Shown: positions 44,201 through 54,486 of the stretch, one piece after another
Layout: every line of letters starts with the position of its first letter
How positions within the stretch are numbered: the stretch's first letter is position 1
Source of the DNA: Phoronis australis
Taxonomy: Eukaryota > Animalia > Phoronida
Direction: 5' to 3'
Assembly: GCA_002633005.1 (NCBI GenBank)
Contig: NMRA01000312.1
Location: forward strand, 455,194-519,193
DNA: 64,000 bases
The notes under the pieces: generated by a model
Database searches by the model: none
Told to the model about the DNA's origin: nothing
What the model saw: the letters and a program-made list of their open reading frames with translations, nothing else
Program-made: the position numbers and the translations under genes

Positions 44201-46596
44201 CTCTTGAGTGGTACATCGTGTGACTTAGCAGTAGCTCTGTAAATCCAGACAAAAATATGTGATAACACAACGGTGGAAGTTCATGTCGACCTCTTTTTAT
44301 ATTTCATTTTCATATTTCGTTTCATTTGATCACATTTTTATCTAGAAGTAAACATCAGTATCATCTATTTCTAAAGCACCTTTCAGTTCTGAGGAAATAT
44401 TGCAATGCCTTCTAGAAATATGGCTGTGATAGAAGACTTAACTCGACCAAGCAAGTAGATATGTGTGGAGAATGTGAAGGTCGCAACAACAAATGTAAGA
44501 AAGTAGACGGTGTCTACAACCGTAAGCTCAAATACGGTAAGTTGTGTGGTGCAAAACTGGGGTGAGTTCCGTAGAGCGAGTTTTGGGAGCTTAGCGAAAT
44601 CAGCGAAGACCATGGAAGATCACAGTTATGAAAGGCCTGAAATGTTAAATTATGAGACTAAACTCTTTATTTCTGTTTATTAAGAAAAAACGATTTGCCC
44701 GCAAATATTTTGCAAGTGTCGTGCATTGCGGAACAAGCCCTGTTTTTACAAAAGTATTGAATGAAGGTTTCTTTGTTTATCTTTAGTTTCTTTGTTCTAT
44801 ACAGCCTCAACAAATTCCCTATTACTATTTTACGCCAGATTAATAACATTTAGGTAAGTTGTGAGGCAACTCTTCACGTACTTCGGATGCATTTTGCATT
44901 CCAACGGGAACCGTTTTATCGAAGGTGGTAGCTGAGACGAGATTGAGAATGCGACGTTAGGTTTCCTTACTAAAACGAAACTTCGCAACTGATGTAAATT
45001 CTACCTCATTCCGCATTTTGGTTTTCTCTTCATCAACTACTTCAGATCAATTGTGTGCCCATAAAAATTTAAGATGTGATTAGTGGCACGACCTTTGGTA
45101 AAAATGGTCGTACAAGACTATTGCTTTTATTTGCAATGCTGTGTACTATCTTCTGCGCATTTTTGTTAATTTTAGGGTATCACAAAGTGCTCAAACTTGC
45201 TAAAGGAACACGACATATCAACATAAAGAAACCGTACTCGCCATTTTACCTCAGTAAGTAAGCTATACATTTAGCTTTGATTTTTGAACCATGAAAACCA
45301 AATCGACTTCTTTCACTGGGGATATTATTAATAATTTAGAGTTCGAAAGTTTAAAATACGTCTCCTTATGCTATAGGTGTCAAAGACAACGAAGTTGATA
45401 AGTATTACGTAGACCCTGTGAAGCATCACGCGCCAGAAATAGAATTTATTGCAAGAGGGTCCAAATTCAAATATATCTATAACGGTGACGAGCGCCTGAC
45501 AACGGAGGGGCCGTTGATGGGAGATATTGATATAGAGGTAAGTATACTTTGGTGATTAATAGTAATACACGTGAGCTGCACATAAATCGACTGTCTAGTA
45601 AAAATTGGTGCTGATCAAAGGGGAGGCGAAGAGTGTGGCTTTGATGGCAATTAGTGACACTGCAACCAGGGGGCGTGTGACACCGAGGTGTGAGAGCAGC
45701 CTTGATGCGGCAACAGGGTAATTTGTCAGAAAGAACGACCTTTCAGCAGAGGTCGGCCAAGTGTTCTAACACCCCACTTATACCCATATTGTAAAAAGTA
45801 AAAGGCAGACACTGACTCACTGTAATATATGCCCCGCCGATGCTTCTATAGGAGTCAAAATTCAGGAAAATACGGCCGAATCGCAAAATGCTGGCAATAT
45901 GCGCTATGACACATTGTACACATAAATTTTTGAAAGTTAGGTCGAAATCTCTGAGAAATATTGGAGAAATTGGCTACATTAGAAAATTTTCTTACATGGA
46001 TGTGTGAAAATCGAGAACGTGAAAGACGGCAAAATGCCTAAGATATGTACAAAGGCATCACAGTAGAACACTTTGAAGATGGGTTCAAATACCGTCTGAA
46101 ATTTAGTACGAAATGCGCTTATAGGACAATTGCTCTCTGCACAGACACACGGGCACGCTGACAAGAACACACTTTCTTTTCTTTTATTATTTGAATCCCA
46201 AAAATGTAAGAGTTATGGTACTGTGTCTATAGATCTTGTATTTCTTTATATGACTTAATTCTTTTAGTTTCTGCAGCCGGCTGCGAGTTACCTCTTGACA
46301 TTTAGTTAATTCTAAACTTTTTAAAATAACGTTCGTATCCTTAACCCGTGTGAGATACGGGCCTCATCTGAAGGGTTTACCGGAAATTTATGATCTTATG
46401 AACGATTTTCAAAGTTGGTTTTAAATCTGTATGGGTTTGCTTCGGTAGGCCTATTCACTCTACAACGACGTCGCTTTCTCAATGCGCTACGAGTATGTGG
46501 TTCCCGTCGACGAAGAATTGTTAACACTTGATCCTAAGAAAAGATATAAATGGGAGTTTAGTAGATGGAGCGAATGTAGCAAGACTTGTGGCACAG
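13873..46596 (+). CDS. ADAMTS3: ADAMTS2/3/14-like procollagen N-proteinase gene (17 reconstructed coding exons; incomplete at both ends)
   Basis: The spliced translation gives [57 protein letters not shown], closely matching the ADAMTS2/3/14 catalytic signature (FGPx[29 protein letters not shown]). All introns are GT-AG with compatible phases, and the domain order is the ADAMTS one. The symbol denotes the subfamily; it is likely a co-orthologue of ADAMTS2/3/14. Confidence 0.95.
15040..15391. repeat. Diverged tandem duplication, about 175 bp x2
   Basis: ctgaaacagaattcaacctgctca..ctgttgatatcaaagcatt..tcaaatttcaaaaa..cgatct occurs twice. Confidence 0.8.
17128..17212 (-). pseudogene. Decayed tRNA-Leu relic
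   Basis: Colinear with the 32852 gene (actcgatccccac..gactatgacctgcacgcagcg..ctcggcaacc). Confidence 0.6.
17463..17545 (-). pseudogene. Highly decayed tRNA-Leu relic
   Basis: ggattctaattcacgtctggaga..acacagcg..ctgac is colinear with tRNA-Leu over about 83 nt. Confidence 0.45.
19870..20425. repeat. 39-bp minisatellite, about 14 copies
   Basis: actagaatctatgtatatgagtcccagtataagggctta head-to-tail, without spacers. Confidence 0.96.
20603..20672 (-). pseudogene. tRNA-Leu(CAG) relic lacking the variable arm
   Basis: gggtgggattcgaactcacg-actacgacctgaacgtagc..cccagac matches the T arm and anticodon arm. Confidence 0.65.
20903..21044 (+). CDS. ADAMTS3: ADAMTS exon, prodomain ([23 protein letters not shown])
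   Basis: Acceptor ctcgttag and donor gtaaga; EEFFIEP and HxxYK prodomain motifs. Confidence 0.9.
21740..21939 (+). CDS. ADAMTS3: ADAMTS exon, furin site and start of metalloprotease domain ([29 protein letters not shown])
   Basis: Acceptor ttacag and donor gtgagt; polybasic convertase site followed by the LEVLV and YVLTxMNI motifs. Confidence 0.93.
22376..22459 (+). CDS. ADAMTS3: ADAMTS exon, metalloprotease ([28 protein letters not shown])
   Basis: Acceptor ttttaag and donor gtaagt; 84 nt, phase 0-0. Confidence 0.92.
23146..23293 (+). CDS. ADAMTS3: ADAMTS exon, metalloprotease ([26 protein letters not shown])
   Basis: Acceptor gccag and donor gtaaac; FCxW and HDHAIxLTR motifs. Confidence 0.93.
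24451..25330 (+). pseudogene. THAP-domain transposase relic (two exons, with stops)
   Basis: [38 protein letters not shown], donor gtaag at 24640, acceptor at 25280, then [13 protein letters not shown] (AVPTIF-like). Confidence 0.7.
25770..26260 (-). pseudogene. YqaJ/lambda-exonuclease-like relic
   Basis: [56 protein letters not shown] resembles decayed HG..YE..A / GL..PYLxASPDG / QVQG motifs. Confidence 0.55.
29149..29254 (+). CDS. ADAMTS3: ADAMTS exon with first part of the zinc-binding motif ([15 protein letters not shown])
   Basis: Acceptor attttag and donor gtaaga; HExxH. Confidence 0.95.
29345..29428 (-). tRNA. tRNA-Leu(CAG), variant with several C>T changes
   Basis: Same 84-nt body; stems are kept through G-U pairs; T run downstream. 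Confidence 0.8.
30930..32650 (+). mobile_element. Truncated, decayed non-LTR retrotransposon (LINE with RNase H; R1/LOA/I-group-like)
   Basis: RT C-terminus [53 protein letters not shown]; RNase [33 protein letters not shown]; terminal CPECG..ETPKHL..CP finger. Frameshifted, with an apparent insertion at about 31340-31690. Confidence 0.85.
32852..32935 (-). tRNA. tRNA-Leu(CAG), intact
   Basis: Reverse complement GTCAGGGTGGCCGAGTGGTCTAAGGCGCTGCGTTCAGGTCGCAGTCTGGTTCTCTAGGCGTGGGTTCGAATCCCACCCCTGACA: type II cloverleaf, with an oligo-T terminator just downstream. Confidence 0.95.
33580..33723 (+). CDS. ADAMTS3: ADAMTS exon, third zinc His and Met-turn (LGMEHDG..NIMAAL..WTECS)
   Basis: Acceptor ttgcag and donor gtaagt; completes HETGHVLGMEHD. 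Confidence 0.95.
33968..34191. mobile_element. Small MITE-like element
   Basis: Termini gcggatccagg .. cctggatccac. Confidence 0.45.
34771..34903 (+). CDS. ADAMTS3: ADAMTS exon, end of catalytic / start of disintegrin-like domain ([17 protein letters not shown])
   Basis: Acceptor tttccag and donor gtaagt; CLxDxP and QCxxxFG motifs. Confidence 0.93.
35393..35506 (+). CDS. ADAMTS3: ADAMTS exon, disintegrin-like ([21 protein letters not shown])
   Basis: Acceptor aaacag and donor gtgagt; CKTKKGPP is typical of ADAMTS2/3/14. Confidence 0.94.
36028..36950. mobile_element. Non-autonomous foldback/MITE with ~270-bp terminal inverted repeats
   Basis: 36028-36297 is the reverse complement of about 36682-36950; mirror ORFs appear in the track. 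Termini TA-ggcagtgacc .. ggtcattgcc-TA. Confidence 0.9.
37597..37769 (+). CDS. ADAMTS3: ADAMTS exon, TSR1 ([37 protein letters not shown])
   Basis: Acceptor ttatag and donor gtgagt; WxxWxxWxxCSxxC thrombospondin type-1 motif. Confidence 0.95.
38322..38385 (+). CDS. ADAMTS3: ADAMTS exon, end of TSR1 ([21 protein letters not shown])
   Basis: Acceptor attttag and donor gtaact. Confidence 0.9.
38563..38656 (+). CDS. ADAMTS3: ADAMTS exon, Cys-rich ([14 protein letters not shown])
   Basis: Acceptor ttatag and donor gtaagt; DFRxxQC motif. Confidence 0.92.
39543..39604. repeat. Short hairpin dispersed repeat
   Basis: catgggtggcgca..tgcgccgtccatg; two related tandem copies at about 30216-30345. Confidence 0.6.
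39749..39889. mobile_element. Short MITE-like dispersed repeat
   Basis: TIR cgttcagcaacgctaggacct / aggtcctagcgtctactgaacg; related copies at about 35780-35865 (+) and 29730-29835 (-). Confidence 0.7.
40267..40498. repeat. 38-bp minisatellite, about 6 copies
   Basis: aaaaatgtggtgacattggtggtgctggtagtagtatt; ends about 48 nt before the 40547 exon. Confidence 0.95.
40547..40680 (+). CDS. ADAMTS3: ADAMTS exon, Cys-rich ([27 protein letters not shown])
   Basis: Acceptor cttcag and donor gtatgt; VxDGTxC..CVxGxC motif. Confidence 0.93.
42238..43814 (+). mobile_element. Kolobok-like non-autonomous DNA transposon
   Basis: TTAA-aagggaactgta .. tacagtgccctt-TTAA (11/12 TIR match plus TTAA flanks); internal decayed [25 protein letters not shown] motifs. 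Confidence 0.6.
44416..44536 (+). CDS. ADAMTS3: ADAMTS exon, Cys-rich/spacer ([27 protein letters not shown])
   Basis: Acceptor ttctag and donor gtaagt; GCD..DxCGxCxG motif. Confidence 0.92.
45176..45253 (+). CDS. ADAMTS3: ADAMTS exon, spacer ([18 protein letters not shown])
   Basis: Acceptor attttag and donor gtaagt. Confidence 0.88.
45377..45537 (+). CDS. ADAMTS3: ADAMTS exon, spacer (..[16 protein letters not shown])
   Basis: Acceptor ctatag and donor gtaagt; ExLxxxGPL spacer motif. Confidence 0.88.
46449..46596 (+). CDS. ADAMTS3: ADAMTS exon, end of spacer and start of TSR2 ([22 protein letters not shown])
   Basis: Acceptor cggtag and donor gtaagt; WSxCSKTCGxG motif. The next exon was not found in the window. 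Confidence 0.92.
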
Positions 46597-46884
46597 GTAA
46601 GTAACCTGAATCTCGCATTGTTCTTTAAAACCATTCTTAAGAACCATCGAGTGTTGACTTTTCTACCTCCACGCGTTTTATTTGTCGTCTATTCACCTTG
46701 GTAATTATGCCATGCTTAAAGTCGGGCAATACCTCGAGGTACTTCAAGATTATTATTAAGTAGAGCTAACTTGCACGTCAGTCACATACACACATTCCTT
46801 CCGACAGAAATGCTGTGTTTTAAGAAGTCATATCCTACTATGGAATTTATAACACAATGTCGAGAAAACCATGCTAAACCAATC

Positions 46885-46957
46885 TGGACAATCCGGGTAT
46901 CGATCCCGGTACCTCCTGAATGCAAAGTAAGCGCTCTACCATTATTGCAAATTACCC
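46885..46957 (-). pseudogene. Decayed tRNA-Ala(TGC)
   Basis: Perfect T arm atccgggtatcgatcccggtacc; the rest is degenerate. Similar relics lie at about 47391-47463 and 49621-49686. Confidence 0.75.
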
Positions 46958-47693
46958 AGGGTGTATCATGGCCATGTCAAAGCGCTTATCGTACAATCGA
47001 CGTTATACCAAAAGTTACAATATTTTGCAAAAGTAGAATTGGAAAATCTGGGTACCGATCGCGAGTTGCGTTCCATTGAGCAATTTTCTAGCAAGAATTG
47101 CGAGATCACACATGTCTTTGCGAGATGTAGCCATGAATTACGAGACTTACAACACATCACACTGTAGACAATACTCATTTCAATTGTTTAAAGGTTGGTT
47201 TACCGACTAATCGCTATGGAATTTCTATGTGGCGTCTACGGAACGCTTCCTGGTAGCTTTTGCATGCTAAAGGAGCGCTGCACTATTTGAGCTAATTCAA
47301 ACTGTTGACTAGAGGAATTTCACCATGTTAAGCTGCTTATTTTATGAAAGAATTGGCAACATGAGCTAGAGAAAACTTGTAAAACCAAATTGGAGAATCC
47401 ACGTATCTATCCCAGTACATTTAGCATGTAGAGAGAGCACTCCATAACTTGAGCTGCGTCCCCGTGTCTAGCAAACACTCAGCGCAAACAGAATTGAAGG
47501 CTTATCGATTTTGTCCTGATTCTGTGAAATGGATATAAATCAAATGAAATTACAAGTACGGGGGAAAATGGTGGCTGAGTGTGTGAGTACTAAGCAAATC
47601 GAACTCCTTGAAGTATTCACTGAACTATGAAAATGTTAACCGGTTATATTTCGCTTTCTGTAGCAACGACGAATCAAATCGTCTGCTATCTTA

Positions 47694-48970
47694 TATTCAC
47701 AGTTTGTGACTTAATGACGTCATGTTATAATTAGTAGTGACCCGAATGCTACCCAATGAGCCAAGTGAATGCCTTAGTTCATCGCTAAGAAAAAAATGCG
47801 AATGATTGAGTAACAAGCAACTTGTAAAATGGTGAATCTTCGAGTGAATATATTCTTTTGAAGGGTTGATTTTAGTTCAGTTATATTTGACGTATTGTTT
47901 CTGCAGATTAATGTTTTCATGCGATCGTAATTTCGACGTGTATATATCGAGTTTGATATCTATGACACTTGAAATTCTGCGGTTTCTGTGTACGAACTTC
48001 TGGCAACCCCGTTTAAGGATTGGTTTACCGACTACTCTATGACATGTACCTATGACGCGTACCTATGACGCGTACCTATGACGCGTACCTATGACGCGTA
48101 CCTATGACGCGTACCTATGACGCGTACCTACGGCACGTACCTATGACGCGTACCTATGACGCGTACCTATGACGCTTACCTATGACGCGTACCTATGACG
48201 CGTACCTATGACGCGTACCTATGACGTGTACCTTGACGTTGTGTTGTATCGTGGATTAGAAGAGAATTTGGAAACAATTATGCAAAAGCCAAATTGGGAA
48301 GCAGGCGTCGGTCGCCGAACCTCTTGCATTCNTATTCACAGTTTGTGACTTAATGACGTCATGTTATAATTAGTAGTGACCCGAATGCTACCCAATGAGC
48401 CAAGTGAATGCCTTAGTTCATCGCTAAGTAAAAAATGCGAATGATTGAGTAACAAGCAACTTGTAAAATGGTGAATCTTCGAGTGAATATATTCTTTTGA
48501 AGGGTTGATTTTAGTTCAGTTATATTTGACGTATTGTTTCTGCAGATTAATGTTTTCATGCGATCGTAATTTCGACGTGTATAGATCGAGTTTGATATCT
48601 ATGACACTTGAAATTCTGCGGTTTCTGTGTACGAACTTCTGGCAACCCCGTTTAAGGATTGGTTTACCGACTACTCTATGACATGTACCTATGACGCGTA
48701 CCTATGACGCGTACCTATGACGCGTACCTATGACGCGTACCTATGACGCGTACCTATGACGCGTACCTACGGCACGTACCTATGACGCGTACCTATGACG
48801 CGTACCTATGACGCTTACCTATGACGCGTACCTATGACGCGTACCTATGACGCGTACCTATGACGTGTACCTTGACGTTGTGTTGTATCGTGGATTAGAA
48901 GAGAATTTGGAAACAATTATGCAAAAGCCAAATTGGGAAGCAGGCGTCGGTCGCCGAACCTCTTGCATTC
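47694..48970. other. 638-bp direct duplication across a single-N gap; likely assembly overlap
   Basis: 47694-48331 = 48333-48970 around n48332, with about 2 visible substitutions. Confidence 0.8.
48037..48236. repeat. 13-bp minisatellite (ctatgacgcgtac)n; duplicated at about 48676-48875
   Basis: Direct reading, about 15 units. Confidence 0.93.
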
Positions 48971-50436
48971 AAAACGCGATTTACACCATAAAGAGCTACC
49001 GGGATTTTCTGTAGATAAGCTCATGGGCGTGTATTCAAGTGTCTTAGTAACACCAAATAAACGTTCGGGCGTTTATTCGGAAAACGGTGGCGTGTAAACG
49101 GAAAGTCATGCTTTTGTTGACTTTGTCATTTTTACTTAAAACTGTGTTTTTATATTTTATAATTTATGTTTCGTCAAAATCTTGTTCCTTTTTATAAATG
49201 GTCAATGCTCCACAAAACTAAACTTGTAACAAACAGTTGACGCTGAGTGGGTTTAAAGAGGAAATTTTCCATGGGCGTTTCATCAGGTGGACTTATCTAC
49301 GGGAAATCACCCACTATGTATCCTGGTCGTGTCATATTACTTTGTATTAGGAATAAGAGTAGACGCAAGAATCTCGCTGAGGAAGCGAGTGCTGTCACGT
49401 GCTTCGGGTCATGTCAGGTTCTTTACCTTATTCCATGACTTAACATAACAGAAGTCTACCGTTTACGCTAATTCTAACCAATGTGACCTTGTTTGTTTCC
49501 CATACAAAGCGAGCACTATTTTATTATTGGAGTTCGTTGCCATAATAAAATATAGTGGCCGTGTCACGAGACCAGGCTCAAGTTTTTTGTTATTTGAACA
49601 GTCATGCATCAATTATATTCTGAGAATCCTGGTATCGGTACTTCTCGCATGCTAAGCGACCGCTTTACAACTTGAGCTAATTGCCCACTTTAGATAAAGA
49701 CGCCATATCAAATTCTTTATCTTATTTTATGGCGTAATTTATACCATCAACACGAGTAAAGAATACAAATAATACCTTAGGGTCTAATCTTTTTGCTCCG
49801 TATACACAGGCAGGGTTGGAGAATCCCAGTACTTCTTTTTATGACCAAAGCCTCGCACTACTTTTTAGGTCGATATTGGTGTGTTACGGAGAGTGGCATC
49901 TCGTGCTTCCCTTGCAAAGTGAAATGTAACAGAAATTCCGGGTATTGATCCCGATACTTCTTGCGAATACTGAGTGGGTGTTCTACCGTTTAAGATCATT
50001 CCACGTGTTACCTGCTTATGTCATGTCAAGGGAAACTGTAACCTACCACAGAGCTTTACAGAATCCAAATATCTCATACATGTCTCATACAACTTGACCG
50101 TTCTCCCATTTAAGCACGATGCTCGTTGCGATGTCAAATTTAGGCAAACGTGCAGAAGGAAAATTGGGAAATAATGCAATCGGTCCCGGTACCTCTAAAG
50201 CAAAGCGAGTGCTCTCCCGCCGGTGCAAACTCCATCAAAATCTTTATATCATACCTCGAACTCTAACAGAAAATCCAAAAAATATAGCAATTCAAGAATT
50301 TTAGGGCGTAATTCTTGCTATTAACACAAGCAAAAAATAAAAACCTTAGGTTCTAATTTTTTTGTTCAATATTTTAGATTCTATATCTTGTAGTGGAATT
50401 TACAATATAATGTAATTATGCAGCACCAAAATACAT

Positions 50437-50509
50437 TGGAGAATCTGGGCATCGATTACAGTACCTCTCGCATGCGAAGCAAGCGCTCTACCATTTGAGC
50501 TAATTCCCA
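50437..50509 (-). pseudogene. tRNA-Ala(CGC) pseudogene
   Basis: T stem broken (CTGTA/CCCAG) and G1>T. Confidence 0.75.
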
Positions 50510-52009
50510 ATAATACGTATCGCAGCGGTGCCAAATTGCTTATAGTAAAATCCCAATGATGCAAATGCAAACTTGGAAAAACTGAGTACCGATTTAATTC
50601 CGATGAGTTCCGTTTCGCAAATTATTTGCAAGATTACGTAAATATTCCTAAGCTATAGCCAAACATCGCAACTATAAACCTGGTGGTCACAATAGCTTTA
50701 CTAGTAAGTGTTCCCCGAAACGTGCTCCTGGTGCTAAAATAGCGGTCAACTATTTAAACTCACTCTACATGTTATGGAATGTCACCTTGTATATTTCCCA
50801 TGCAAAGCGAGTGTTACACGATTGGAGCTCATTGCCATAATACACATAGTGGCCATGTCAATTTTTCATCTCATACATTAGTAGTTTTAACAGAAATTCG
50901 AAAGAATTATGCAACAAACAAAAAATGGAGGATGCAGGTATAAATCCTGGTACCTTTCTTAAGCAAAGCAACGCTCTTTATTTTAGTTCTAATTGCTTAT
51001 GTTAAGCAACCAAGCACCTCACGTTTCTCTTCCAAAGTAAAACGTGGCAGGAAATGAAGGATAGGCGTTCTAGAGCCCGGTACCTTTCTTATCCGAAGAA
51101 ACGCTCTGCTTTTTAGTTATAATTGTGTTTTTTAAGCAACATAGCACCTCACGTTTCACTACCAAAGTAAAACGTGACAGTAAATCCGGATATTGATCCC
51201 GATATCTCTTGCGTATGTTAAGCGGAGTCGAGCTCTATAACGATAGTGTCTCGCTGGGAAAGCAAGATGTCGCCGTGTATTTTAATGAGAGCATGTGATT
51301 TTGGCTAAATGTTTCTCAAAGGGAGAATACCAGCTGGATGTTTCACTATGTGAGCTCATTCTATATCATAACCCGCATAATCTACATATCCCCATACATG
51401 TCTCATGCAACTCGACCACACTACTATTTGTTGCAGTGTCCAATATCGGAACAAATTATACAAAAGCTAACTAGAGAATGCGGGCATCGACCCCGGTACT
51501 TCTTGTATGCAAAGCTAGCAGAAACTCCAAACAATTAACGCAAATCTAGAATTAGATAACCTCGCGATTGGTCCTAGCACTTAGTCTGGCATGTTATGCA
51601 AGAGCTTTAAGAGTTGAACTTAAATGAACTTGTTGGGTAACATAGCCGTACCATGTTCTTTATCGTCTGACGTAATTGATAACATCAGCCAGAAAAAACG
51701 CACAACACACCTAGGAGAATGCTGATAACGATCCTGTTCTACCCCTTCCGTTAATTCTTCACCTGAGTTAAATTCGCCCTGTTAAGTTTTTATCTTATTT
51801 GATGGCGCAAGCTGAGCGAGCGTTCTACCTTTTCGTTAATGCCCAACCTAAGTAAAAAGTGCCACGTTAAATTTTTATCTTATTGATGACGTAATTACGA
51901 ACACACGTCAGAGAAAAGAATACAAAAATCAAAGTGAAAAATCGGGCCCGGGGAATAATCTGTTTTGCTATACATTTAGATACAATTGTGGATCAATTCT
52001 GTAAAAAAT

Positions 52010-52082
52010 TGGAGAATCCGGGTATCGATCCCGGTACCTCTCGCATGCTAAGCGAGCGCTCTACCATTTGAGCTAATTCCCC
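52010..52082 (-). tRNA. tRNA-Ala(AGC), intact
   Basis: GGGGAATTAGCTCAAATGGTAGAGCGCTCGCTTAGCATGCGAGAGGTACCGGGATCGATACCCGGATTCTCCA; G3-U70; oligo-T downstream. Confidence 0.95.
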
Positions 52083-52931
52083 ATCTTAGCCAAAATCGCC
52101 ACATGAAATTCGTTATCTTATTTATGGCGTAGCTAGAGAAAAACAGATTGGTGTTTCCAGGAAGCGACTTTTTTATAACTTGTATGTAAAACTAGTGCTA
52201 CATTATTTGAGCTAATTGCTATAATGCTGTCGATAAAGGTCAAATCAATTTTATCACCTTAAACAATACGAATTTCAACAGAAATTCGAAATTATTATAC
52301 AAAACCAACATTGGAGAATCGCAGTACTTCTTTTTATGACGAAAGTAACGCTCTACTTTTTAGGTCTATATTGCTATGTTACGTGCAGTGGCATCACGTG
52401 CTGCCCTTGCAAAGTGAAATGTAACAGAAATTCCGGGTATTGATCCCGATACTTCTTGCGAATACTGATTGGGTGTTCTACCGTTTAAGATCATTCCACG
52501 TGTTACCTGCTTATGTCATGTCAAGGGAAACTGTAACCTACTACAGAGCTTTAGAGAATCCAAATATCCCATACATGCCTCATGCAAGTTGACCGTTCTC
52601 ACATGTAAGCACCATGCTCGTTGCGATGTGAAATTTAGGCAAACATGCAGAAGGAAAATTGGGAAATCCTGCAATCCGTCCAGGTACCTCTAAAGCAAAG
52701 CGAGTACTCTCCCGTCGGTGCAAACTCCATCAAAATCTTCATATCATACCTCGAACTCTAACAGAAAATCGAAACAAATATAGCGATGCAAGAATTTTAG
52801 GGCGTAATTCTTGCTATTAACACAAGCAAAAAATAAAAACCTTAGGTTCTAATTTTTTGTTCAATATTTTAGATTCTTTATCTTGTAGCGGAATTTACAA
52901 TATAATGTAATTATGCAGCACCAAAATACAT

Positions 52932-53004
52932 TGGAGAATCTGGGCATCGATCCCAGTACCTCTCGCATGCGAAGCAAGCGCTCTACCATTTGAGCTAATT
53001 CCCC
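52932..53004 (-). tRNA. tRNA-Ala(CGC), intact
   Basis: Full cloverleaf; anticodon loop TT-CGC-AT; T stem CTGGG/CCCAG. Confidence 0.9.
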
Positions 53005-54413
53005 ATAATACGTATCACGGCGGTGCCAAATTGCTTATAGTAAAATCACAATGATGCAAAATCAAACTTGAAAAAACTGAGTACCTGTTTAATTCCGATG
53101 AGTTCCGTTTCGCAAATTATTTGCAAGATTACGTAAATATTCCTAAGCTATAGCCAAACATCGCAACTATAAACCTGGTGGTCACAATAGCTTTACTAGT
53201 AGGTGTTCCCCGAAACGCGCTCCTGATGCTAAAATAGCGGTCAACTATTTAAACTAACTCTACATGTTATGAAATGTCACCTTGTATATTTCCCATGCAA
53301 AGCAAGTGTTACATGATTGGAGCTCATTGCCATAATACATATAGTAATACATGATTGGAGCTCATTGCTATAATACGTATAGTGGCCATGTCAATTTTTC
53401 ATCTCATACATTAGTAGTTTTAACAGAAATTCGAAAGAAGTATGCAACAAACAAAAAATGAAGGATCCAGGTATAGATCCTGGTAACGTTCTTATGCAAA
53501 GCAACCCTCATTATTTTAGTTCTAATTGCTTATGTTAAGCAACCAAGCACCTCACGTTTCTCTTCCAAAGTAAAACGTGGCAGTAAATCCGGATATTGAT
53601 CCCGATATCTCTTGCTTATGTTAAGCGGAGTCAATTTCTATAACGATAGTGTCTCGCTGGGAAAGCAAGATGTCGCCGTGTATTTTAATGAGAGCATGTG
53701 ATTTTGGCTAAATGTTTCTCAAAGGGAGAATACCAGCTGGATGTTTCACCATGTAAGCTCATTCTATATCATAACCCGCATAATCTTCATATCCCCATAC
53801 ATGTTTCATGCAACTCGACCACACTACTATTTGTTGCAGTGTCCAATATCTGAACAAATCATACAAAAGCTAACTAAAGAATGCGGGCATTGACCCCGGT
53901 ACTTCTCGTATGCAGAGCTAGCAGAAACTCCAAACAATTAACGCAAATCTAGAATATTAGATAACCTCGCGATTGGTCCTAGCACTCAGTCTGCCATGTT
54001 ATGCAAGAGCTTTAAGAGTTGAAATTAAATGAACTTGTTGGGTAACATAGCCGTACCATGTTCTTTATCGTCTGACGTAATTCATAACATGAGCCAGAAT
54101 AAACGCACAACACACCTAGGAGAATGCTGATAACGATCCTGTTCTACCACTTCCGTTAATTCTTCACCTGAGTTAAATTCGCCCTGTTGAGTTTTTATCT
54201 TATTTGATGGCGCAAGCTGAGCGAGCGTTCTACCTTTTCGTTAATTCCCAACATAAGTAAAAAGTGCCACGATAAATTTTTATCTTATTGATGACGTAAT
54301 TACGAACACACGTCAGAGAAAAGATTACAAAAAGCAGAGTGAAAAATCGGGCCGGGGAATAATCTGTTTTGCTATACATTTAGATACAATTGTGGATCAA
54401 TTCTGTAAGAGAT

Positions 54414-54486
54414 TGGAGAATCCGGGTATCGAGCCCGGTACCTCTCGCATGCTAAGCGAGCGCTCTACTATTTGACCTAATTCCCC
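54414..54486 (-). pseudogene. tRNA-Ala(AGC) with D-arm and T-loop mutations; chimeric flanks
   Basis: D-stem mismatch, G18>A and A54>C relative to the 52010 copy. Confidence 0.7.

Noticed and set aside
43892-44270. Possible solo LTR (tagaatgttctag motifs, aataaa)
   Set aside because: No matching target-site duplication or clean TG..CA ends found.
47694-48970. Recent biological tandem duplication
   Set aside because: The junction is exactly an N, typical of an unmerged contig or haplotype overlap.
52010-52082. Non-canonical T loop (ATCGATA instead of TTCGA) as a novelty
   Set aside because: A54 is normal in many eukaryotic cytosolic tRNA-Ala genes.
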